A stretch of DNA of 64,000 nt from Actinomycetes bacterium (GTDB lineage: Bacteria > Actinomycetota > Actinomycetes > S36-B12 > CAIYMF01): NCBI GenBank assembly GCA_032123675.1, contig JAQBEX010000086.1, positions 4,713 through 68,712 of the forward strand. The letters run 5' to 3'. The notes below the pieces were generated by a model, which saw only the letters and a list, made by a program, of their open reading frames with translations, ran no database searches and was not told the DNA's origin. Of this stretch, positions 20,800 to 33,693 are shown piece by piece. The translations under genes and the position numbers were made by a program. Numbering within the stretch: the first letter of the stretch is position 1; the number at the start of each line of letters is the position of its first letter.

Positions 20800-22800
20800 T
20801 CAGCGCAGGGACACCGGGTCCATCCGGGCAGCCACCATGGCAGCTCGACGTGCGCTGCGAACGGACTGGATCCGGCGCAGGGCGGCGGTCAGGGCGGCCC
20901 CATCGGCAATCGAGGCCGCCAGCAACCAGGTGACGGACTCCTCCGGGCCGGGCAACGGCCCGGAGCGACGCTCGATCAGGGTCCCCAATCCCGACTCGAG
21001 CTCATCGGCGACCTCGAGGGCGGCCAGGGCGGGCCCGGTCAGTTGGGCGATCCGCACGGCCGGGGGCAGGTGCAGCGCTGCCCGCTCGGCGAGCTCCCGA
21101 TCCGCATAGCCATGCGGGTCCCATCGGATCAGCGCCTGGATCTCGCGGATGTCCGAGTCGCCCACCACGAGGACGCGACCGCCCAGGTGTGCTGGGCGCA
21201 CGAGTGACGCCGCCGAGAACCAGCGGCGCAGAACCTCCTCAGCCACGCGCAGCCCTGGCCGGGACAGGGCGGCTGCCGCGTCCAGGATGACCAGTGCGGC
21301 GTATCCCTCTGGGCCGGGATCAGGTTCCGATCCCGGGGTGGCCACGACCATCACCTCCGGCCCTGGAAGCGTGCGCAGGTGCTCGTCGCCCGAGGAGGTG
21401 ATCACCCGCACGCCCGGAAGCGCGCGGCCATACTCCTCCGCCGTTCGGCGCACCCCCACGACGACCGCGCGCACGACGTCACGCCCACAGACGGCGCACC
21501 GCCAGTCCGTGACGGCACCGTGGGTGCGGCAGGTCGGGCGCCGGTCGGGACCCTGGGCCTGCATCGGCCGATCGCACTGCCGGCAGACCACGGGCTCACG
21601 GCACGACTGGCAGGCCAGCATCGGCAGGTAGCCGGCGCGGGGGACGCTGACCAGCACGGGTCCCTCGGTGACGGCCGCCCGCAGGATGTCCAGGGCCACC
21701 GAAGGGATCCGTGAGGCCGTCCGCGCTGGGTCGTCGACCATGTCCATGGCCACCTGGACCCGCGGCATCCGGGCGCGCAGCACCGGGCGCGGCAGCTCGA
21801 CCGGGGTCAACCAGCCCGTCGAGGCCATCCGGGCAGCCTCAAGGGTCACGGCAGGGCCACCGATGACCAGGCTCACGTCCGAGCCGGCGCTGCGCAGCGC
21901 CGCGACCTCACGGGCATGCCAGCCGGGGGCGTGCGGCTCGGCGAGCGAGTCGTCGCCGTCATCCCACACGATGATCACCCCGAGGTCGGTCACCGGGGCG
22001 AAGACCGCGGCCCGGGTTCCCACGACCACCGGCGCGGCCCCGGACAGCACCGTGAGGAACCTGCGGTACCGGGTCTCTGGGCCGGACTCGGCGACGAGCT
22101 GCACGGGTGTGATCCCGTGGCGCACCAGTGCGTTGACGACCCGGTCAACCTCGGCCGCATCCGGGGCGACGACCAGCACGCCCCGGCCCCGAGCGCGCAC
22201 GGCCCGGGCGAGCTCGGCGATCCGGTCGCCGGTCTGCTCGCCGGGGCCGGACACCCACAGCGCCCGCATCGCGGCCGGACCACCGACTCCCCCGAGCAGT
22301 TCGGCGCCGCCGCGGTAGGCCGCCCAGCCATCGTTGGGCACCTGGTCCGGGGCAGCATCCGGCTGCGCTTGGATCGGCCGGGACTCGGCTCGCGCATGCC
22401 TGGGTGGGACCGCGAAGCGCAGGACATCGGCCAGTGTCCCGGCGTACCGGTCAGCCACTGCCCGGCACAGCAACCCGATCTCGGGGGTCAGCACCGGCGG
22501 ACCATGCACGGAGCGCAATGGCTGCAGCGTCCGCTCCGAGGTCTCGACCCGCTCCACGATGACGCCGTCCATCAGCCGACCGGCAAGGCGGACCCGCACC
22601 CGCCCGCCGGGCTGGGCAGCCTCAGCGAGCGCTTCGGGGACCTCGTAGTCGAACGGCCTGTCCAAGTGCGGCACGGGGGTCATCAGGACCACTCGGGCCA
22701 CCGGTAGCAGGGCGGCCACCGGGCGTCGTGGTCGCGCCCGGGCGGGTCGCTTCGCCGGCGCCCGCCCATCGCCGATCAGCGGGATCTGGCCCTGGGTCAT
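20800..22800 (-). CDS. priA: Primosomal protein N' (PriA), actinobacterial form with degenerate ATPase motifs
   Basis: 666 aa. The N-terminal 3'-DNA-binding block is VPHLDRPFDYEVP. The Cys-rich zinc region is CQSCREPVVCRQCDRPM...CAVCG. Its position between metK and def-fmt is conserved. Confidence 0.9.
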   Translation of the reverse strand: MTQGQIPLIGDGRAPAKRPARARPRRPVAALLPVARVVLMTPVPHLDRPFDYEVPEALAEAAQPGGRVRVRLAGRLMDGVIVERVETSERTLQPLRSVHGPPVLTPEIGLLCRAVADRYAGTLADVLRFAVPPRHARAESRPIQAQPDAAPDQVPNDGWAAYRGGAELLGGVGGPAAMRALWVSGPGEQTGDRIAELARAVRARGRGVLVVAPDAAEVDRVVNALVRHGITPVQLVAESGPETRYRRFLTVLSGAAPVVVGTRAAVFAPVTDLGVIIVWDDGDDSLAEPHAPGWHAREVAALRSAGSDVSLVIGGPAVTLEAARMASTGWLTPVELPRPVLRARMPRVQVAMDMVDDPARTASRIPSVALDILRAAVTEGPVLVSVPRAGYLPMLACQSCREPVVCRQCDRPMQAQGPDRRPTCRTHGAVTDWRCAVCGRDVVRAVVVGVRRTAEEYGRALPGVRVITSSGDEHLRTLPGPEVMVVATPGSEPDPGPEGYAALVILDAAAALSRPGLRVAEEVLRRWFSAASLVRPAHLGGRVLVVGDSDIREIQALIRWDPHGYADRELAERAALHLPPAVRIAQLTGPALAALEVADELESGLGTLIERRSGPLPGPEESVTWLLAASIADGAALTAALRRIQSVRSARRAAMVAARMDPVSLR

Positions 22801-22876
22801 GAGGCGCGCAGCCCACCGCCCCCGGCGACTGGCCCACGGCCTGGGATGACCGTGGTGGGCCTGGAGCGCGGGCCGA

Positions 22877-24088
22877 TCACAGGCCCGCGGCAGCCCGCAG
22901 GTCGTCGACGCGGTCCAGCCGCTCCCAGGTGAAGGTGGACGTCCCTGCCGACTCCCGACCGAAGTGGCCGTAGGCGGCCGTGGGGCGGTACTGGACCACG
23001 GAGGTGTCGAGCAGCTGCAGGTCGCGGATCAGCGCACCCGGGCGCAGGTCGAACACTTCAAGGACAGCATCCTGGATCCGCTCATCCGGCAGCGCGCCGG
23101 TGCCGAAGGTCTCGACGAACAGCCCAACCGGGTGCGCCTTGCCGATGGCGTAGGCCACCTGGACCTCGCACTTGGTGGCCAGCCCGGCCGCGACCACGTT
23201 CTTGGCAACCCAACGCATGGCATAGGTGGCCGACCGGTCGACCTTCGAGGGATCCTTGCCGGAGAACGCCCCGCCGCCGTGGCGCGCGAACCCGCCATAG
23301 GTGTCGACGATGATCTTCCGGCCGGTCAGGCCGGCGTCGCCCATCGGGCCACCGGTCACGAACCGACCCGTTGGGTTCAGCAGCAGCCGCACTGCGGAGG
23401 TATCGAGGTCCAGTCCGGCCAGAACGGGCTCCACGACGAACTTGCGGACCTCAGGGGCGAGCTGGCCCTCGAGGTCGACGTCCTCGGCATGCTGGGAGCT
23501 CACGACGATCGTGTCGAGACTGACGGCCTTGGTGCCCTGGTAACCGATCGTCACCTGGGTCTTGCCGTCGGGACGCAGGTAGGGCAGCTGCCCCGACTTG
23601 CGCACGGCGGTCAGTTGCTCGGCCAACTGATGCGCGAGGTGGATCGGCAGCGGCATGAGTTCCGGGGTGTCGGTGCATGCGAAACCGAACATGAGGCCCT
23701 GGTCACCGGCGCCCTGACGGTCCAACCCGTCGTCCGATCCCTCGACGCGCTCCTCGAAGGCGTCGTCCACACCCTGGGCGATGTCCGGGGACTGCCGGCC
23801 GATGGACACCTGCACACCGCAGGACTCGCCGTCGAACCCCTTCTCCGAGTGGTCATAGCCGATGTCGAGCACCACGTTGCGGATGAGGTCCATCACCTCG
23901 GCGTATCCCTCGGTGGTCACCTCGCCGGACACATGGACCTGACCGGTGGTGAGCATGGTCTCGACAGCCACCCGGGATGCCGGGTCCTGACGCAGCAGGT
24001 CGTCGAGGATCGCATCGCTGATCTGGTCGGCCATCTTGTCGGGGTGGCCCTCGGTCACGGACTCGGATGAGAACAGGCGCGTGGTCAT
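22877..24088 (-). CDS. metK: S-adenosylmethionine synthetase
   Basis: Start at ATG 24088 ([25 protein letters not shown]), with an AAGGAG SD upstream. The GAGDQG and GGGAFSGKD motifs are present. Confidence 0.97.
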   Translation of the reverse strand: MTTRLFSSESVTEGHPDKMADQISDAILDDLLRQDPASRVAVETMLTTGQVHVSGEVTTEGYAEVMDLIRNVVLDIGYDHSEKGFDGESCGVQVSIGRQSPDIAQGVDDAFEERVEGSDDGLDRQGAGDQGLMFGFACTDTPELMPLPIHLAHQLAEQLTAVRKSGQLPYLRPDGKTQVTIGYQGTKAVSLDTIVVSSQHAEDVDLEGQLAPEVRKFVVEPVLAGLDLDTSAVRLLLNPTGRFVTGGPMGDAGLTGRKIIVDTYGGFARHGGGAFSGKDPSKVDRSATYAMRWVAKNVVAAGLATKCEVQVAYAIGKAHPVGLFVETFGTGALPDERIQDAVLEVFDLRPGALIRDLQLLDTSVVQYRPTAAYGHFGRESAGTSTFTWERLDRVDDLRAAAGL

Positions 24089-24143
24089 CGGGGCTCTCCT
24101 TGGGCTGGTGTGGTCGCCGCGGCGCTGGCGTTCGGCTGCGATT

Positions 24144-25388
24144 CTAGGTCGTGCGTGCGCCCAGCTCAGCGACCCGGTCCCAGACGGCGTGTGCCACCTC
24201 GGCCTTGGTTCCGGCATGCGGGCCCTCGAGCGTCCCATCAGGGTTCAGGAGCATGATCTCATTGTTGTCCTGGCCGAACACCGAGCCACCGGAGACATCG
24301 TTGAGCACCAGCAGGTCCACGCCCTTGCGGGCCAGCTTGGCCCGTGCGTGGGCCAGCGCATCATCCTGGGCGTCTCCGGTCTCGGCAGCGAACCCCACCA
24401 GCAGGAGCCTCGCGGAGAAGGTCCCGGCCCCACGGGCGCTCGCGAGACCGGCGAGGATGTCCGGGTTGCGCACCAGGGCGATCGGCAGCGGAGTGCCGTC
24501 GTGGGACTCGTCCTTCTTGATCTTGTCCCTCGCCACGATGGCCGGGCGGAAGTCCGCCACCGCGGCGGCCATGACCACGACATCGGCGTCGGCCGCCGCG
24601 GCGTTCACCGCCTGCTCCATCTCGATGGCGGTGCCCACCCGCACGACCGTGGATCCGGCCGGGTCGGGGAGCTCGACGTTGGCACTGACCAGTGTCACCT
24701 GCGCTCCACGCGCGGCCGCAGCCGCAGCCAGTGCGTAGCCCTGCAGCCCGCTGGACCGGTTGCCGAGGAAACGGACCGGGTCGAGCGGCTCGCGGGTGCC
24801 GCCAGCGCTGATCACGACCCTGCTGCCGTCGAGGTCGCGGACCCCGCCGGTGTGCAGCACGGCGTGGACGACCGCTGCGATGGCGTCCGGCTCGGGCATC
24901 CGCCCGGCACCGGTGTCGCTGCCGGTGAGCCGGCCGACCGCCGGCTCCAGGACGATGACGCCGCGCTCGCGCAGCGTTGCCACGTTGGCCTGCGTCGCTG
25001 CGTGGTGCCACATCTCGGTGTGCATCGCGGGGGCCATGACCACAGGGCAGGTGGCCGTCAGCAGCGTGGCCGTGAGCAGGTCGTCGGCGCGGCCGGCTGC
25101 CGCTCGGGACAGCAGGTCGGCGGTTGCGGGGGCGACGACCACGATCTCGGCGGACTTGCCGATCCGGACATGCTCCACGCCCGCGACGTCGTCCCAGACC
25201 GTGGTGTGCACGGGGTGACCGGACAGGGCAGCCCAGGTGGCGGCCCCCACGAAGTTCACGGCCGACGTGGTCGGCACCACCTGGACGTCATGCCCCGACT
25301 CGGTGAGCATGCGCAGCAGGTGCCCGGTCTTGTACGCCGCGATCCCGCCTGCGACACCGAGGACGATGCGCGCAGGCGTCGCCGTCAG
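24144..25388 (-). CDS. coaBC: Bifunctional phosphopantothenoylcysteine decarboxylase / phosphopantothenate-cysteine ligase
   Basis: The ORF track begins at ATG 25310 (MLTESG). The same frame upstream encodes [25 protein letters not shown], the flavin-binding N-terminus. No ATG, GTG or TTG is available there. The proposed start is CTG 25388, with a GAGGAG SD 5 nt upstream and overlap with the rpoZ stop. Confidence 0.85.
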   Translation of the reverse strand: MTATPARIVLGVAGGIAAYKTGHLLRMLTESGHDVQVVPTTSAVNFVGAATWAALSGHPVHTTVWDDVAGVEHVRIGKSAEIVVVAPATADLLSRAAAGRADDLLTATLLTATCPVVMAPAMHTEMWHHAATQANVATLRERGVIVLEPAVGRLTGSDTGAGRMPEPDAIAAVVHAVLHTGGVRDLDGSRVVISAGGTREPLDPVRFLGNRSSGLQGYALAAAAAARGAQVTLVSANVELPDPAGSTVVRVGTAIEMEQAVNAAAADADVVVMAAAVADFRPAIVARDKIKKDESHDGTPLPIALVRNPDILAGLASARGAGTFSARLLLVGFAAETGDAQDDALAHARAKLARKGVDLLVLNDVSGGSVFGQDNNEIMLLNPDGTLEGPHAGTKAEVAHAVWDRVAELGARTT

Positions 25389-25666
25389 AGCGACTCCTCG
25401 ACGGGCTCCTCGACCGGCTCCACCAGCAGCAGGCTGTCGTTGATCTCGCGCATCGCGATCGACAGCGGCTTCTCCTGGGGATGGGTCTCCACCAGCGGGC
25501 CGACGTACTCCAGCAGGCCCTCACCGAGCTGGGAGTAGTAGGCGTTGATCTGGCGGGCGCGCTTGGCTGCCTCGATGACCAGGGAGTACTTCGAGTGCGT
25601 CTTGCTCAGAAGCTCGTCGATGGGGGGGTAGGTGATGCCTTCGGGGCGGATGCTGGTGCCGGACAC
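25385..25666 (-). CDS. rpoZ: DNA-directed RNA polymerase subunit omega
   Basis: It reads [35 protein letters not shown]. Confidence 0.95.
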   Translation of the reverse strand: MSGTSIRPEGITYPPIDELLSKTHSKYSLVIEAAKRARQINAYYSQLGEGLLEYVGPLVETHPQEKPLSIAMREINDSLLLVEPVEEPVEESL

Positions 25667-25725
25667 GGCGAACCCTCCTGTGGGAACTGGATCACACCGG
25701 GCTAGGTCGCCCCGCGGGGGATCTC

Positions 25726-26289
25726 TCAGGCCGGACGGCCCGGATCTTCGAGCAAGTCTAGCAACTCCCGGGCTGCCCGGACCACATCGTCGTTCACGAC
25801 CACCGCGTCGAACTCCTCGGCAGCCGCGAGCTCGTCGCGGGCCCTGGCCAACCGACGGGTGATCGCCTGCTCATCCTCGGTGGCCCGTCCACGCAGCCGG
25901 TCCTCAAGCACGGTCAGGTCAGGGGGCGTGAGGAACACCATGTAGGCCGCCGGCATGGCGGCCCGCACCTGCCGCGCGCCCTGCAGCTCGATCTCCAGCA
26001 GCACGGGCTCCCCGGCGGCCAATCGGCGCTCGACCGGCGCCCTCGGGGTCCCGTACCGGTGGCCCGCGAACGCCGCCCACTCGAGGAAGCCGCCGTCGGC
26101 GATCGTGGCATCGAACCGCTCGGCGCTCCAGAAGAAGTACGACACCCCGTCGACCTCCCCCGCCCGCGGGGATCGGGTCGTGGCCGACACCGACACCCAG
26201 AGGTCCGGGCGCAGCCGGCGGAGCTCGGCGACCACGGTGCCCTTCCCCACGCCGCTGGGCCCGGTCAGCACGAGTAGACGGCCGGCCAT
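25726..26289 (-). CDS. gmk: Guanylate kinase
   Basis: It reads [20 protein letters not shown] (P-loop). The ATG shares one nucleotide with the mihF stop. Confidence 0.95.
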   Translation of the reverse strand: MAGRLLVLTGPSGVGKGTVVAELRRLRPDLWVSVSATTRSPRAGEVDGVSYFFWSAERFDATIADGGFLEWAAFAGHRYGTPRAPVERRLAAGEPVLLEIELQGARQVRAAMPAAYMVFLTPPDLTVLEDRLRGRATEDEQAITRRLARARDELAAAEEFDAVVVNDDVVRAARELLDLLEDPGRPA

Positions 26290-26654
26290 CAGTTGCTGCC
26301 CCGCGAGAAGCGCTGGTCGAGCAGATCCGTGGTCGCCTGGACCTGGCGCGACCCGAGCCCACCGACCCGCCGGTTCTCGGCGATCCCGATGTCCCGCATC
26401 ATGTCCGCGGCCCGAGCGGGACCAATCCCCCGGAAGCTGGAGAGCAGGTCCACGACCTTCATCCGGGCCAGGATCCGGCCGCGCTCGTCGGCTCCCTGAG
26501 CGTCACCGAGCACCTCGGCGACCGGGATGCTGCCGTCAGCGAGCCCGGCACGCACCTGGGCGCGGACCTGGCGGGCCTGCACCCCGCGGGCAGCGGCCGC
26601 GGCCCGGTCCTGCGCAGAGAGCGGGGGCGGCGGAGGTCCCGCATGGGCGCTCAC
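26289..26654 (-). CDS. mihF: Integration host factor, actinobacterial type (mIHF/sIHF)
   Basis: The C-terminal block [37 protein letters not shown] is present. Its position between pyrF and gmk is conserved. The GTG start overlaps the pyrF stop. Confidence 0.85.
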   Translation of the reverse strand: MSAHAGPPPPPLSAQDRAAAAARGVQARQVRAQVRAGLADGSIPVAEVLGDAQGADERGRILARMKVVDLLSSFRGIGPARAADMMRDIGIAENRRVGGLGSRQVQATTDLLDQRFSRGSN

Positions 26655-27349
26655 AGCAGCTCCAGGGACTCGGCCAGCCGGCGGGCGGCGGCTCCCGGGT
26701 CAGCGGCGGCGGTGATCGGGCGACCGATCACCAGCAGGTCGGCCCCGGCGGCCAACGCCGCCTGCGGGGTGGCCACCCGGGCCTGGTCGCCGGTCGCGCT
26801 GCCCGCCCCCGCGACGGGCCGCACCCCCGGGGTGATCAGCGTGATGTCGGCAGGGACAGCAGCCCTGATCGCGGCCACCTCCTGGGGGGAGCACACGATC
26901 GCGCGGGCACCGGCGGACACCGCCATCCGGGCAAGTCGCACTGCTGCGTCCAGAGCCGGGCCGCGCAGGCCGACGGCCTCGAGGTCAGCCTCGGACAGTG
27001 AGGTCAGCACGGTGACGGCAGTGATCCGGGTATCCGGCAGTGCAGCAGCGGCAGCGTCGACCATGGCCGGGCCGCCGCTGGCGTGCACGGTGAGGTAGTC
27101 CGGGGTCAGCTCGGCGATGCTGCGCGCTGCCCCGGACACCGTGTTGGGGATGTCGTGCAGCTTGAGGTCCAGAAACAGCGCACATCCCGGGGCGGCCCTG
27201 CGAACCTCACCGACCACGGTGGCGCCGTCGCGCAGGAAGGTCTCCAGGCCCACCTTCATCACCGACACATGTGGGGCGGCAGAACCTGCCCACGAGATCA
27301 CCGTCTGCCGGTCGGGGCCGTCCAGGGCCAGTGCGATGGGTGCTCTCAC
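26651..27349 (-). CDS. pyrF: Orotidine 5'-phosphate decarboxylase
   Basis: Start at GTG 27349 (VRAPIALALDG), overlapping the pyrD stop (GTGA). The FLDLKLHDIPNT and VIGRPI motifs are present. Confidence 0.9.
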   Translation of the reverse strand: MRAPIALALDGPDRQTVISWAGSAAPHVSVMKVGLETFLRDGATVVGEVRRAAPGCALFLDLKLHDIPNTVSGAARSIAELTPDYLTVHASGGPAMVDAAAAALPDTRITAVTVLTSLSEADLEAVGLRGPALDAAVRLARMAVSAGARAIVCSPQEVAAIRAAVPADITLITPGVRPVAGAGSATGDQARVATPQAALAAGADLLVIGRPITAAADPGAAARRLAESLELL

Positions 27350-28359
27350 GGGGTGTTCTCCTGCGCAGCCCGGCGCGCGTCCTGGGCGGCGACGTGTCGG
27401 GCCTGCATCGTGTGTCCGAGGCCGACGGCATCCGACAGGGTCGCGAACCCCCGAGCAGCCAGGATGTCGCGCAGCTCGGCGGAGATCCGGGCCGGGGCGT
27501 GCGGATCGTTGAACACGGCGGTTCCGACCGACACCGCGCTGGCCCCGGCGAGCAGGAACTCGAAGGCATCCTGGCCCGTGCGGATCCCGCCCATGCCCAG
27601 GATCGGCACCCGCGGGAAGGCCGCGTGGACCTGCCACACGGCGCGCACGGCCACGGGACGGATGGCCGGGCCCGACAGCCCACCGGTCATGCCCCCCAGT
27701 GCGGGACGCATCGTGTCCGGGTCGATCACCATGCCCAGCAGCGTGTTGATCAGCGACACGCCATCAGCGCCGGCGTCGAGGACGGACTTGGCGATCGCCA
27801 CGATGTCGGTGACGTCCGGGCTGAGCTTGGCCAGCACCGGGACGTCCGGGGCCGAGTGCCGCCGCACGACCTGGACCACTGACGCCGCCGAGAACGGGTC
27901 GCAGGCGAACACCTGGCCACGGGACTCCACGTTCGGGCACGAGATGTTCACCTCGAGCGCGGCGATCCCGGGCTCGTGGCGCAGCCGCTGGGCGAGCTTC
28001 TGATACTCCTGGACCGAGCCACCAGCGATCGACACCACGGTGCGGATCCCGCGCTCGCGCAGCCAGCGCAGGTCCTTGGCGATGAACTCCTCGATACCCG
28101 GGCCCTGCAGGCCGATGGAGTTCAGCATCCCTGACGGGGTCTCCGCCATCCGCGGAGTGGGCCGCCCGGACCGGGGCTCGAGCATGATCGACTTCGTGAC
28201 GACCGCCCCGATGGCGCGCAGGTCCAGGAACGGGGCCAGCTCGCGTCCGGCGGCGGCGCATCCGGAGGCGGTCAGCACCGGGTCCGGCATCACGAGACGA
28301 CCCAGGGCCGTGGACATGTCCACGGAAGCCGGCCCCGGCACAGGCGTGCGCGCAACCAT
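27346..28359 (-). CDS. pyrD: Dihydroorotate dehydrogenase, class 1B catalytic subunit
   Basis: Start at ATG 28359. The NISCPNV active-site Cys loop and GIGGI-type FMN motifs are present. It is paired with pyrK upstream. Confidence 0.9.
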   Translation of the reverse strand: MVARTPVPGPASVDMSTALGRLVMPDPVLTASGCAAAGRELAPFLDLRAIGAVVTKSIMLEPRSGRPTPRMAETPSGMLNSIGLQGPGIEEFIAKDLRWLRERGIRTVVSIAGGSVQEYQKLAQRLRHEPGIAALEVNISCPNVESRGQVFACDPFSAASVVQVVRRHSAPDVPVLAKLSPDVTDIVAIAKSVLDAGADGVSLINTLLGMVIDPDTMRPALGGMTGGLSGPAIRPVAVRAVWQVHAAFPRVPILGMGGIRTGQDAFEFLLAGASAVSVGTAVFNDPHAPARISAELRDILAARGFATLSDAVGLGHTMQARHVAAQDARRAAQENTP

Positions 28360-29212
28360 CAGTGTCCCCCCGCCACGGGCGCTCCGAGGGTCCCGCCCGG
28401 CACCGTCCCGACGTCGGCCCAGCGCACGTCGCTGCCCCGGAACACGGGTCCGTCCGTGCATGAGCGGACCATCCGGGTGATCCCGTCAGCGCCCTGCACT
28501 GGCAGCACACAGGTCATGCACACGCCGATCCCGCAGGCCATGGCCTCCTCCACGGCGCACTGGCTGTGCGCCCCGGTGTCCGCGGCCACCGCAGCGACGG
28601 AAGCGAGCATCGCCATCGGCCCACATGCGTAGATGACATCGGCGTCCGAGGCGCGCACGATCTCAGCAAGTGGGTCGGTGACACGACCGCGGAGCCCGGC
28701 GGACCCGTCATCAGTGGTCACGGTCACCGACGCCGAGCTCCGCTTGGCCTCGAGGACGCCGAAGAGCCGATCCTCGGTGGCCGCCCCGAGGATCATGTCC
28801 ACCCGGCAGCCCCGCGCGCGGAGCGCCTCGGAGAGCATGAACAGGGGCGCGGCCCCGTAGCCGCCGGCGACCAGGACGCAGGCCACAGGCTCCCTGGGCA
28901 GCGTGAACGGCCGCCCGAGCGGCCCGATGACGTCGAGCTTGTCGCCGCGACGCCGATCAGCCAACCATCGGGTGCCCTTGCCGTGGGTGGCGAACACGAC
29001 CTCGACGGTCCCGCCAGTTGGCCCGCCCGGGGTGACCCGATGGATCGAGAAGGCCCGGCGCAGCACCATCCCCGACCCCTCCCCGCCGACAGCGATCGCG
29101 ACGAAGTGTCCCGGTCGGGTCGCCTCCGGGATCCCCGGGGCAAGCAGGGTGAGGTGGTGGTAGGCGCCGGTCCGGCGCAGGCCGACGACCTCGGACGTGA
29201 CCTGGACCGGCA

Positions 29213-29213
<1 letters not shown>
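28359..29213 (-). CDS. pyrK: Dihydroorotate dehydrogenase electron-transfer subunit (FAD/2Fe-2S)
   Basis: Start at ATG 29213 (MPVQVTSEVVGLRRTG), sharing one nucleotide with the carB stop. It carries RAFSIH and a C-terminal Cys cluster (CGIGVCMTCV...C). Confidence 0.85.
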
Positions 29214-32510
<3,297 letters not shown>

Positions 32511-32527
<17 letters not shown>

Positions 32528-32576
32528 CGATGGCCTCCCTCGGGGTGGGCTCGAACATGGCCGTGAGGATGGGCAT
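32511..32576 (-). CDS. Candidate 21-codon leader ORF (uORF) overlapping the carB start
   Basis: It reads ATG CCC ATC ... AAG TGA = [21 protein letters not shown]. An AAGGAG SD lies 6 nt upstream, inside the duplicated pyrR-leader hairpin. The stop lies 17 nt inside carB in the +1 frame. Confidence 0.4.
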
Positions 32577-32577
32577 C

Positions 32578-32618
32578 GCCCACTCCTTCCCCGCCTCGCA
32601 GGACGGCTTTAAAGGAGG
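32578..32618 (-). promoter_or_regulatory. PyrR-binding-like RNA stem-loop, copy A (upstream of carB)
   Basis: The minus-strand RNA is CCUCCUUUAAAGCCGUCCUGCGAGGCGGGGAAGGAGUGGGC. It contains GUCCnGnGAGGC, like the Bacillus PyrR binding-loop core. CCUCCUU can pair with the AAGGAG SD. It is a near-copy of 41431..41472. Confidence 0.6.
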
Positions 32619-32636
32619 CTTCCAGCAGGAGGCTTC
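32614..32636 (-). repeat. Tandem 9-nt direct repeat GAAGCCUCC-N5-GAAGCCUCC (two anti-SD-like CCUCC boxes)
   Basis: The plus strand reads ggaggcttc cagca ggaggcttc. It is found only in the carB copy of the leader. Confidence 0.6.
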
Positions 32637-32712
32637 AATTGCCCCCGAGCATACCGGGCGACCGGGAGGGCGACCGCGAGGCCCATCCGTTGCCAGGTAC
32701 TAGCCTGCCCCT

Positions 32713-33666
32713 GTGGCGCCCGCAGCAGAACCCACCGCCGGGGGTGCTTCCGCGCGGGTTGCGCAGGTGGCTGTCTCCGGCCATGACGGCGTCCGCGTAC
32801 GTGTGCAGGTGCACAACGCCGCAGCGCCGGCGGTCGTGCTGTTCCAGGCCGGTCTGGGGCTGCCGGCATCCGTGTGGCGCCCCGTCATCGCCCTGCTGCC
32901 CGACGCGTGCGCCCTTGTGGTCGACCGGCCCGGGCTGGCCGGGTGCCCCCCGTGGGACCGGGCACCGGGGTTGGCTGACCACGTGTCGCTGATCACCGAT
33001 GTGCTTGCCGCCTGCGCACCGGACAGCGCCGGCCCGGTGATCCTGGTGGGGCACTCCTATGCCGGGCTGATCGTTGAGGCATTCGCCCGGACGAACCCGG
33101 AACAGGTGACCGGCCTCGTGCTTGTCGATCCGTCGCTGCCGGCTCATGAGGTGGCCGCCAGGAGCCTGACCGAGCGGTTCCCCGCTGCAGCCCGCGCCCT
33201 GGCCGGCCTCGGCCTGCGACTCAGCCCGCGGCTCGGCCCGCAGCTCGGCCCGCGCGTGGGGCGATGGCTCGGGCTGGCCATGGCCGCCGGGGGCACGGTC
33301 GGGCTGGGGGCCACCGGGCCGACCGCGAGGAACCTGGCCGATGCCTTCGCCGACCCTGATCACCGGCGGGCCACGGTCGACGAGCTGCTGGGCATCGGCG
33401 CGCAGTCCGCTGAGCTGCTCGCGCTGGCCGCTCGGGAGCCGCTCGGTGACATCCCAGTGGTGATCATCGCCGCCACCCGCAGGGGCGGGTGGGCTCCGCT
33501 GCCCAAGCGCCGCTGGCCGCGGCAGCTCACCGACCGGGCCGCGGAGCTCGGGGCCGGCGCGCAGGTCGTCCCGGTGGCCGGCGCGCACCTGCTGATGGCT
33601 GATGCCCCGGCTGCGATCGCTGCGGTCATCGGCGGCCTCGTGGGTCGGCGGCCACCCGGAGGTTGA
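32713..33666 (+). CDS. Alpha/beta-fold hydrolase
   Basis: 317 aa. The nucleophile elbow is VGHSYAG and the HG-type oxyanion region is VLFQAGLG. It is the only plus-strand gene inside the pyr cluster. Confidence 0.8.
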   Translation: MAPAAEPTAGGASARVAQVAVSGHDGVRVRVQVHNAAAPAVVLFQAGLGLPASVWRPVIALLPDACALVVDRPGLAGCPPWDRAPGLADHVSLITDVLAACAPDSAGPVILVGHSYAGLIVEAFARTNPEQVTGLVLVDPSLPAHEVAARSLTERFPAAARALAGLGLRLSPRLGPQLGPRVGRWLGLAMAAGGTVGLGATGPTARNLADAFADPDHRRATVDELLGIGAQSAELLALAAREPLGDIPVVIIAATRRGGWAPLPKRRWPRQLTDRAAELGAGAQVVPVAGAHLLMADAPAAIAAVIGGLVGRRPPGG

Positions 33667-33693
33667 GCCCGGGGTCGGCTGCCGACGACGTCC

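Noticed and set aside
24089-24143. SAM riboswitch upstream of metK
   Set aside because: The gap to coaBC is only 55 nt, with no room for or resemblance to a SAM aptamer. metK appears co-transcribed or driven by a short promoter.
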